Assembly: GCA_029564175.1 (NCBI GenBank)
Contig: JAKQQL010000365.1
Span: 1-37,101 of the forward strand
Source of the DNA: Candidatus Cloacimonadota bacterium
GTDB lineage: Bacteria; Cloacimonadota; Cloacimonadia; Cloacimonadales; WRIO01
DNA length: 37,101 nucleotides
Direction: 5' to 3'
This document shows positions 17,841 to 26,056 of the stretch, piece by piece (the stretch's first letter is position 1; each line of letters opens with the position of its first letter). The notes below the pieces were generated by a model. That model was not told the DNA's origin. It did not search any database and saw nothing but the letters and a program-made list of their open reading frames with translations. The position numbers and the translations under genes were made by a program.

Positions 17841-17973
17841 AGCCTGTGCAAAAAGACAGGTTTATCTGTGCCGCACCTACGGTGCTTGATTTTGTAGATC
17901 CTTGTGATCCAAGCGCTTACGCACATGGTTATCTATGTTTCGTTCCTACGGAACTTTCATTTTTGCACAGACT
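17841..17973 (-). mobile_element. MITE-like element (type C), reverse orientation
   Basis: agcctgtgcaaaaa ... tttttgcacagact ends; internal ccgtagg motifs in the order reversed from 17453-17586. Confidence 0.75.
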
Positions 17974-17974
17974 T

Positions 17975-18032
17975 TTACGCACCGTGTTAACTATATGTCA
18001 CTCCTCCGGATTTATGGTTTTTACACAGACTC
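17975..18032 (-). mobile_element. partial type-C element
   Basis: Reverse complement gagtctgtgtaaaaa..tccggaggagtgacatatagttaacacggtgcgtaa aligns with 17453-17510. Confidence 0.65.
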
Positions 18033-18066
18033 GGAAACGCATGAAAAAAATAAGAATGTCATAAGG

Positions 18067-19432
18067 TTACGGGATTGTTCTCGAAATTCGGAAGCCTAAG
18101 TCTTCGTAACCGTTATATGGAACATTAAAATCGTGTCGATAAGAAACTCGACAAAAGCCAGCATCATAATAGAACCCACCACTACGGAGTAAACGAACCA
18201 AGCCACTTGTTGGGCCTGTTGGATTTGTCTGAGCCGATGAAGTGTACAAACCATACCAGTCCCAACACCATTCCCAGACATTACAACTCATATCATAGAT
18301 GCCCAGTTCATTAGGCGCTTTGGTACCAACAGAATGAGTAGTATTACCTGAGTTAAAATTAAGCCATGCCACATCACCTATCGTATTGGAACCTGAATAG
18401 GTATAGCCTTGCGATTGATTCCCACCTCTGGCTGCATATTCCCATTCTGCTTCTGTAGGGAGACGGTAGCCGTTGGCTGACCAGTTGCAGGTAATAGCAT
18501 CCCAGCTTGCATTCGAACTGGTTGGTACAATTTCCCAGTTATCCGGATTCGTATCTCCACCTTTGGCATAGCAGGGAGTCAATTCTTCCTGGATACTCTT
18601 ACGGTTACAGTAAACCATAATGTCATACCATGAAACCCTCTGCATTGGATGATTTGGATTATTAGTGAAGAAATCTGATATTGTATGTATTCTATTGTTA
18701 TTCCCTGTCATTACAGTCTGCCAATCCGCCTGAGTTACCTCATACTTCCCGATATAGAATGATGATAGCGTTACAGAATGGACAGGCTGTTCATTACTAT
18801 TGCCTGTCGTAGAACCCATCTGAAAAGTACCACCCTCTACAAAGACCATATTGCCAGCCGATTCTTTTGAATTAACGGCTACAATACCAGCCACATTAAT
18901 CGTTCCGCTTACATTGGCTGTGGAATAAAAGTTTTCTACTTTGCTGTTGATACTGTATGCAATAAAGCTGGCTACATAAGCGTTACCTGTGACAGCACCA
19001 TCAATACGGCAGGCTTCTATCAGCGTGTTATTCTCTGCCTTTGCTACAAAACCAGCCACATAGTTTTTGCCTGTAATTGCCACGCCGGTCAGAGATAAGT
19101 TTTTAATACTTGCAGCATTCGTATATGCAAAAAGACCTGCATAATCCAGATTTGTGTCATTGATGAGTAATCCGCTGACACTTTTTCCGTTACCGTCCAG
19201 ACTGCCTGTAAATGGTGTTGCAGAACTGCCAACAGGTGTCCATGTGCCTGTCAGTGCGATATTGGCGGAGAGCTTTAAAATGTGACCCCAGATGATCTCT
19301 GATTTCATTCAACTGACCGGCTGTACTGATCATATAAGGGTCATTTAAACTACCGTTGCCTGAATCAAAAGTGGCAAACAGACTGCATACCAATAACAAC
19401 AAAGTGGCTGTAATTATTATTCTGATTTTCAT
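18067..19432 (-). pseudogene. frameshifted secreted protein: N-terminal GLUG-type beta-helix part + FGE-sulfatase/CLec domain
   Basis: GGGGAG RBS, signal peptide, GNGSLNDPYMISTAGQL; one extra base in TTTTAAAG (19273-19280) separates ..GSHFK from LSANIALTGTW..FTGSLDGNG; then VEGGTFQMG, YEVTQ, RLPTEAEWEYAARGG, PNELGIYDMSCNVWEW, GFR. Confidence 0.85.
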
Positions 19433-19445
19433 GATCTGTCTCCCC

Positions 19446-20456
19446 TTATTTTATGATGACCAGTTTTTTTACGGAATGAAAACCCTGACTGCTAAGCTGG
19501 TAGAAATAGATACCGCTGGCACAGGATTTGTTTTTCATATCTTTACCGTTCCAGCTAAGGTTGTGGACACTAGGCCTGATATCTGAAAATTCTTTAACCA
19601 GCTGACCTTTTGCATTGAATATCTTCAGACTGGCTGTTTCTGAATCTTTTACAGATACATCAAAATTGGCAATGTGGTTTACTCTGAAAGGATTAGGGTA
19701 AGCATTTGCAAGACTGGTTTGCTGAGGAAGTTCAGGTGTGCTTTCTTCAGTATTTGTTTTAACATACAGAGGTCCGTAAAAGTCAACTGACCCATCATTT
19801 TCAATAGACTGTAACCAATAATAATAGCCTGTATCTGGCTGTGTTTCAAGATCAGTATAGGAATAGTGATTCGCATTTGATGTGTTGTTTGCAGTGATCA
19901 GAGATGAAGTAACGCGTAACGCATTCGCAAATTGGTTGTTATCGTTTCTAAGCAGGTGATAACCTCTGACGTTTGATTCTGACTCGGTTGTCCAGTTGAT
20001 ACTCACCGTGTTGGAAGCTGTACATACAGCTGAAAAAGAAGATAAAGTAACAGGCAGAGTCGCATTATCATCCGGATATTCCCAGTTCAGATAAGGATAT
20101 CCGTTGTTGTGGCTGTTGCCAATATTCCAGACCGGATTGGCATCAAGCCCTTTAAAGCTCCAGCCGGCAAGCAGGTAAATATTATCTGTTGTTGAAGCAT
20201 TGGTCATCTCGGCAGTTGTTTTACCGGTTCCGCCAATTGACATACTTTTTCCGGATACCTGAGTATCCCAAAAACAATTAGTCACTTCTCCGGCTCCACC
20301 GGATGTGATACCACCACTGATACTATTGGTGCAGTTAATCGTACCGGCAAAATAACCCTTGCTGATACCACTGGTATCAGCAGATAAACCGAAACTGATC
20401 AGTAACATCGCTAATGTTAAAACTGTCAGTTTTTTTTAAAAACGATTTGTTTTCAT
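19446..20456 (-). pseudogene. secreted protein with C-terminal GLUG-type beta-helix part and C-terminal sorting domain; in-frame TAA at codon 7
   Basis: GGAGG RBS then MKTNRF*KKLTVLTLAMLLISFGLSA in frame with ORF 19446-20408; TNCFWDTQVSG, GKTTAEM, YPYL, TLPVTLSSFSA, YPNPF..IFNAKGQLV..SGIYFY..KKLVIIK. Confidence 0.75.
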
Positions 20457-20573
20457 TTCTTTCCTCCAATTTTAAGCATAGAATGGATTTTCTATGCTTT
20501 TTTAGTCCAGATGTTTGTCTGGCACTCTTGCTCTGATAGATGATTCACTTATTCTTTTTAAGCTTCGTTGCCA

Positions 20574-20602
20574 AAATTAGCAAATAAAGATTTGAATGTC
20601 AA
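20574..20602 (-). promoter_or_regulatory. candidate sigma70 promoter of the two-gene cassette
   Basis: Minus strand TTGACA, 17 nt, TAATTT with a TGn extended -10. Confidence 0.55.
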
Positions 20603-20709
20603 GAAAAATCTTAGATTTTTATGTGCTCCCTACTAAAATGTCAGGGTTAAAGCCCCCTGCTTAGACCATAATATCAACTGCTATCTTCCGATAAATGTAT
20701 AAACTGTTT

Positions 20710-20854
20710 GTAGGGATTTGCGAAACAGAGCGAAACGAAGTGCCGTAAATCCGAAAAAGTTGTACAACAAGCATCCTGTTGGTTGCATTTTCTGCAAGTA
20801 GGATACTTGAATTACGAATGCGGATTTACGGCACTTCGTTTCGGAAATCCCTAC
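20710..20854. repeat. inverted pair of type-B GTAG hairpin repeats enclosing a degenerate type-A copy
   Basis: gtagggatttgcg..cgaaacgaagtgccgtaaatccg (20710-20753) and its reverse complement (20821-20854); gtacaacaagcatcctg at 20762. Confidence 0.8.
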
Positions 20855-20906
20855 TGACCTTTTTCTTGGTGTATGTCTCCTTAGCTACGAAGATGTCAGG
20901 GCTAAA

Positions 20907-21029
20907 AGGTCTGTGCAAAAATAAGAGTTCCGAAGGAACTAAAAAATCCCAGCCCAGGGTGAAACCTTAGAAAATAGTGAATTACATATCAAGTGCCGTA
21001 GGTGTGACCGAATAAAAATACATTTTTGC
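20907..21029 (+). mobile_element. type-C element with truncated right end
   Basis: aggtctgtgcaaaaa..gttccgaaggaac..cccagggtgaaacc..gtgccgtaggtg..tttttgc, followed by a type-A REP. Confidence 0.65.
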
Positions 21030-21032
21030 TAA

Positions 21033-21143
21033 ACGAGCAGGATGCTCGTTCTACAATTTCCAGTACCTCGAACATCCTGCTTATAGCCTTTTCTGAGCAG
21101 TACTATTACGGATTTACGGCACTTCGTTTCGCAAATCTCTTGC
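21033..21143 (-). repeat. type-A REP (21033-21054) and type-B repeat (21109-21143)
   Basis: aacgagca-gga-tgctcgtt-ctac; cggatttacggcacttcgtttcgcaaatc. Confidence 0.75.
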
Positions 21144-21153
21144 ATTTACCAGA

Positions 21154-22476
21154 TTGTCTGATTTAGGATTTACTCTGGGTACAAACTATGCTTCTTTATC
21201 TTTTCAACAAAAGAAAAAACTACTAAATGCACCTTATCTGGCAACAGACGGAATTAATGATTGCGGGGTTTCAGCTGGTCTGGCTTACGTCCCTTCAGTA
21301 ACCTTTACACCAGATCCTGCAAAACAAAGTATATTTATTACATTTTTACTGAGAAAAATATTGGATGAAGCTGATAACACTCAGGAAGCACTTACTATTG
21401 CCAATTCATATAATGTTTTTGACGGAGGAGAAGCTTTAAACATTATCTCACATCAAATATTGGTTTGTGATAATCAGGGAATTTCAGGCATTTTGGAGTT
21501 TGCTGATGGACAATGGCAGTTAATCTCTGCTACTGATAACTGGCAGGTGCTCACAAACAGTCCGATATACAATGTACCTGTCAATATCCTGTTAAATCAA
21601 TGCTGGAGATACAATATTTTATACAATACTCTGTTAGCGTAAAATGGGGATCTGGGGGACTGGAGGCAGGCAATGGAAATATTGGCATTAGCCTCATGGG
21701 ATCAGGGTTTAAGTGGAACTGAATGGTCAACCATAGCCGATTTAAATCATCACTACCTGTATATCTCAATAGATCATAATTTTGACAACATCGTACGGAC
21801 TGATTTAGACAATTATGATTTTAGAAATTTTGGAGATATCAATATAGTCTCTTATGATATTCAGGACGAATATGGAAATGGTGTTTTGGAACAGGGGGAG
21901 GGTATCATATTTATAGTAAATCTGACTGCTGATTTTGATACGCCTGGTTTGATAGTAACCTTAAGTTCTGATTCTCCTGGTATCAATGTAATCAATCCGG
22001 TTCATAATTACGGAGAACTGGAAGCTCAATATGAGCTATCCTATTACGAGAATCCATTTCTGATTGAACTTCCAGAAACAGATATTCCTTCTATGCTGTC
22101 ATTATCGCTTGAATGCCAAACCAGTTATGGCTATACAATGAGTAAAACATTAAATGTATTTCTGACAGGGCTTTGTAATGATTGCAACTTAGAAGTATCA
22201 GAACCGATCAGATTAAACTGTTATCCTAATCCCATTTCTTCAAAAACTTTTATTTCATTTGAAATCAAAAATACTGAAAGCGCTCAAATTGAAATATTTA
22301 ATTTGAGAAGGCAAAAAGTTGCAAGCTTTGATAAAAAGCAATACCGATCTGGAAAACATGAGGTATTATGGAATGCAAAAGATCAGAAAAACCGATCTTT
22401 ACCCTCTGGAATATATTTTATTCGATTTCTTGGATATAAAAAGGTTATAACAAAAAAGGTGATACTACTTAAATAA
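21154..22476 (+). pseudogene. 5'-truncated, nonsense-interrupted Ntn-hydrolase (choloylglycine hydrolase / linear amide C-N hydrolase-like) with C-terminal sorting domain
   Basis: ORFs 21154-21642 and 21673-22476 are in one frame, split by TAA at 21640-21642; APY.ATDGIND.G, LLRKILD.A, HQILVCD..G, TN, TEWS motifs; no N-terminal catalytic Cys or signal peptide; ends YPNP..SGIYFI..KKVILLK. Confidence 0.75.
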
Positions 22477-22547
22477 TGTTAGTGAGAGAAAAGAAAACAG
22501 TCATACAGATTATGATATCGTATGCCTGTTTCATAAACAAATAAAAG

Positions 22548-23627
22548 TTAATTGATTTTTACAAACTCAAGGTAATAATTATAATTGATTCTTTTGAAAT
22601 CTTTTCTGCTTAGCTCTCTTTCAGTAATATCCTGATGTTGATTATCTTCAATTTTTACCAGTTTTGAGCGGTTTATAGTAATAAGGATTCTATCATTTGC
22701 TATGCTGATTTCTTTTTTACTCACTTTACAAAGAGAACCTTCAAATGTGCGTCCATCATCAATACAAAAATAGCTATGCCCAGGGCTTAATATTTTAATT
22801 TGTTCATAGTTTTCAGTATTTTGAATAAATTCTTCTTTTGACAGCTCCTTAATGGTTATCAGGTTCTGCTCTTGATTAAGCACATAAGTATTGATTTCAT
22901 TAACTGTTTCAGTAATAGCATCTTTAATTGATTGAGATAATCCTTCAGCCATTGAAGTCGCAAAGCTTTGTTGATAAATTTTAAAACCCTTGTCTGTTAC
23001 TAAACTTAAAGTCTGAGTGGTAAAAGCACTTCTGATGTCTTTTGAAAACACAGGTTGTCCATTACTGGATAGTTTAAATTGAAGCTTACAAAACGTCTGA
23101 GAAGGACCAGCCAGATGGGTATGACTTTCAATATATCCCCAAGGAGAAATAAAGAGTTTCCCTTCTTCTTGATAAGGTCCAGATATTGATAAACTATCAA
23201 TTATCAGATCAAGCTGATACTCTGAACCTGAAATAGGCTCTTTGCTATTAACTATATAAGAAGCAGATCGATATGCTTCCATTTCAAAAGATTTTAATAA
23301 AAAATTTGAAATATCAGCTGAGAATGCTTCTTTTCCAAGATCACAATGATACATGTTATTCCAGAAATATATAAAAACCAGCGGGTAAAAATAACTTCCC
23401 TCATTATTTTTAACTACAGTTGTAAAGACATTCATTGCATTACTTCTGATGGAAACAGAATCAATCTTTATGTTGATATTCTTTTTCTCAAAGACAGGCT
23501 GGCTATCGTGCAAATAGCTTAGACTCTGTTTTTTTGAGTTTAAATTAGTTTTTAACTCATTAGAAAAAGAACAGGCACTCAGTAATACGATTAAAAAGAG
23601 ACATGAAAAATTATTCAGATATTTCAT
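22548..23627 (-). CDS. hypothetical lipoprotein
   Basis: Lipobox LLSAC after a hydrophobic stretch; no family recognised. Confidence 0.65.
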   Translation of the reverse strand: MKYLNNFSCLFLIVLLSACSFSNELKTNLNSKKQSLSYLHDSQPVFEKKNINIKIDSVSIRSNAMNVFTTVVKNNEGSYFYPLVFIYFWNNMYHCDLGKEAFSADISNFLLKSFEMEAYRSASYIVNSKEPISGSEYQLDLIIDSLSISGPYQEEGKLFISPWGYIESHTHLAGPSQTFCKLQFKLSSNGQPVFSKDIRSAFTTQTLSLVTDKGFKIYQQSFATSMAEGLSQSIKDAITETVNEINTYVLNQEQNLITIKELSKEEFIQNTENYEQIKILSPGHSYFCIDDGRTFEGSLCKVSKKEISIANDRILITINRSKLVKIEDNQHQDITERELSRKDFKRINYNYYLEFVKIN

Positions 23628-24177
23628 TTTTTCTCCTCATTTTATAATTGTATAAATGATATTTAATAACTTCCTTGATTTTGGGGTCATTGCAATGGTC
23701 TAAGGCGATTTGAAAATGTTTTACGATCTCATGATGATTGAAGGTTGAATAAATCCCCTGTTGATTCATTTCAATCATACAGTTTGCTATCAGGGTGTTT
23801 TTTAAGTAGTCATATTGACTGTTTTCTGATTTTTTAAAATGTTCAAAGGCAATTGCATATTCATTGTCAAAAAAGCAGATTAAACCTTGGCAAAAAAAAT
23901 GTTTTTTATGATCTTGAGCTTCTAACTCTTTAATGTATTTTTTTGCTTTGGAAATTTTCCCCTTTTTAATTAAAATAAATGTATTTATTACTTCATCATT
24001 TTTTTCTATATCAAATTGGTTCAGAGAATTCTGAACTACAATATAGTTTTCAGTTAATGGGAGCTTATTTTCAGATAATATATAAAGTTTTGTATCATTA
24101 ATAATCGGGTATTTATAAACACAAGCAGTTAATGTGGATAAAGCAAGAATTGATATGATAATCAAATTAATTTTCAT
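23611..24177 (-). CDS. hypothetical lipoprotein with TPR-like helices
   Basis: Lipobox LTAC; 'FCQGLICFFDNEYAIAFEHFKKS' TPR-like pattern. Confidence 0.6.
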   Translation of the reverse strand: MKINLIIISILALSTLTACVYKYPIINDTKLYILSENKLPLTENYIVVQNSLNQFDIEKNDEVINTFILIKKGKISKAKKYIKELEAQDHKKHFFCQGLICFFDNEYAIAFEHFKKSENSQYDYLKNTLIANCMIEMNQQGIYSTFNHHEIVKHFQIALDHCNDPKIKEVIKYHLYNYKMRRKNEISE

Positions 24178-24201
24178 ATATGTCCCCATGATTTGATCTG
24201 T

Positions 24202-24540
24202 TTACCTAATAAAATGAGGCATTTCAAAGGGTATTTCTATGGAAATTTCAACCATGCCGGCTACAACACCGTCTTTATGCCATGGGCTTTGATAGATATG
24301 TTTTTTGATACCATTTTTTTCTATTGTGTATGAATTGGTAATGTTTTCATCCATCATCTTTTTGATCATCATGACAGAATGTGGGTTATGACAATCATAA
24401 AGGCTTTTACCGATTAGTTCTTTACCTCCCCATTTTTCAAAGGTTTTACAAGCTTTTTCATTCATTGAGATAACAATACCTTCTCTGTCACAAACGGTAA
24501 TTGCCGCATTAAAATCTTTGATCCATTCAAACTCTTTCAT
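24202..24540 (-). CDS. stand-alone PAS-domain protein
   Basis: AITVCDREGIVISMN..LIGKSLYDCH; AAGGAG RBS. Confidence 0.8.
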   Translation of the reverse strand: MKEFEWIKDFNAAITVCDREGIVISMNEKACKTFEKWGGKELIGKSLYDCHNPHSVMMIKKMMDENITNSYTIEKNGIKKHIYQSPWHKDGVVAGMVEISIEIPFEMPHFIR

Positions 24541-24563
24541 TCATAACTCCTTTTTGTTATTAG

Positions 24564-24708
24564 GTAGGGCAAGCAACCTTGCTTGCCTGGTATATCATCC
24601 GTACTACAAGCATCTTGTTTGTAGTTTTTTCTGCAAGCTAGTAGCTTGCAGTACGGTTGCGAATAGCTTACGTTACAAGTGCTTTCGCAAGCTGGTAGCT
24701 TACGTTAC
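24564..24708. repeat. cluster of type-A REP-like palindromes (two forward, two reverse, one partial)
   Basis: 24564-24587 +, 24601-24624 +, 24631-24654 -, partial 24666-24676 -, 24686-24708 -. Confidence 0.85.
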
Positions 24709-24715
24709 AACTTTG

Positions 24716-26056
24716 TTAAAATATCATAGGTCCTAACTCAGATATATGCTTTACTTTATGGCAATGGATGTTTTTTTCTTTTATTTTGATATCAGAAGCA
24801 GTAAACACTTCTTTAAAACCCATTTTTAGTGCTTCTTTGACTCTTTTTTCCATTTGAGAGACCGGACGGATATCCCCATTGAGCCCGACTTCTCCGATAA
24901 AAACGGTTTTTTCTCTAAGTGGTTTATCCCTGAAGCTAGAGAGTATGGAAGCGATCAAAGCTAGATCAGTACCCGGTTCGATGACTTTGATACCCCCTGA
25001 GAAATTGATAAAGATATCCAGCTCCTTCATACTTAACATTAGGTTTTTTTCGATGACAGCCAGAAGCAAAGCCAGTCTTTTTTGATCAAATCCAACAGAT
25101 ACTCTTTGAGCTGTCCCATAATTGGTAGGGGAGACCAGTGCCTGAACTTCGATTAGAAAAGCTCTTGAACCCTCTAAAACTGATGAAATGGCTGTGCCGG
25201 AGTAGTGATTCTGGTGCATGATAAAAAGCTCAGAAGGGTTTTCGACTTGTTTTAAGCCTTTATCAGTCATTTCAAAGATACCAATTTCATTGGTTGAACC
25301 AAAACGGTTTTTAGTTGTACGCAGGATTTTAAACTGATTTGACAATTCACCTTCAAAGTAAAGCACTGTATCTACCATGTGTTCGAGTATCTTTGGACCG
25401 GCGACAGCACCTTCTTTAGTAACATGCCCGATAAAAAACAGAGGGATATTTTCCTGTTTTGCCAGACGGGTCAGAACATTGGCTGTTTCTCTGATCTGTA
25501 CAATTGAACCTGGCAGATTATCAATTGCGGATAAGTAAACAGCCTGAATAGAATCAATGATGATAAAGTCAGGCTTGATTTGTTTAATTTCCTGCATGAT
25601 ACTTTCTACTTCATTCTGGCAGAGCAGCAGAATATTGGTTTCATTGATATTTAAACGAAGGCTTCTGATTTTAATCTGTTCAGAGCTTTCTTCACCTGAT
25701 ACATAGAGTACTTTTTTATTCTTTGCCAGGATTCCGGCAATCTGAAGCATAATGGTTGATTTACCAATACCAGGTTCTCCACCGATTAGCGCAACCATAC
25801 CCGGTACAATTCCACCACCTAGTACACAGTCAAACTCGCTCAGACCGGATACAATTTTTGCCTGATTAACATCAAATGATACCTGATCAAGCGGGATGGC
25901 TTTATTCGCATTTTCAGTAAGATGGTGGGTATTCTTTTTACCTGATTTTACCAGTTTTTCTGTTTCTGTAAAACTGTTCCAACTGCCACAACCCGGGCAT
26001 TTACCCAACCATTTAGTGGACTCAAATCCGCATTCTTTACAGAAGAAGGTGATCAT
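24716..26056 (-). CDS. radA: DNA repair protein RadA/Sms
   Basis: CKECG..KWLGKCPGC zinc finger, GEPGIGKST, IDSIQ, KNRFG, GEVGLNG; GGAGGT RBS before ATG 26056. Confidence 0.97.
   Translation of the reverse strand: MITFFCKECGFESTKWLGKCPGCGSWNSFTETEKLVKSGKKNTHHLTENANKAIPLDQVSFDVNQAKIVSGLSEFDCVLGGGIVPGMVALIGGEPGIGKSTIMLQIAGILAKNKKVLYVSGEESSEQIKIRSLRLNINETNILLLCQNEVESIMQEIKQIKPDFIIIDSIQAVYLSAIDNLPGSIVQIRETANVLTRLAKQENIPLFFIGHVTKEGAVAGPKILEHMVDTVLYFEGELSNQFKILRTTKNRFGSTNEIGIFEMTDKGLKQVENPSELFIMHQNHYSGTAISSVLEGSRAFLIEVQALVSPTNYGTAQRVSVGFDQKRLALLLAVIEKNLMLSMKELDIFINFSGGIKVIEPGTDLALIASILSSFRDKPLREKTVFIGEVGLNGDIRPVSQMEKRVKEALKMGFKEVFTASDIKIKEKNIHCHKVKHISELGPMIF

Noticed and set aside
17018..18064. Short ORFs in the repeat-rich gap (also 20779-20970 and 24518-24736)
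   Set aside because: They are translations of repeat elements without RBS or protein motifs; no transposase signature.
19273..19280. Programmed -1 frameshift at TTTAAAG
   Set aside because: Joining the frames needs a +1 shift; the heptamer is in the wrong phase for -1 slippage.
18067..20456. Complete diversity-generating retroelement
   Set aside because: No reverse transcriptase, Avd-like gene or template repeat found in the window.
20460..20570. Riboswitch in the cassette leader
   Set aside because: Hairpins are present but I could not match any known riboswitch consensus by eye; an Rfam scan would settle it.
20436..21642. Selenocysteine, pyrrolysine or recoded stops
   Set aside because: Both interrupting stops are TAA, which ends many normal genes here.
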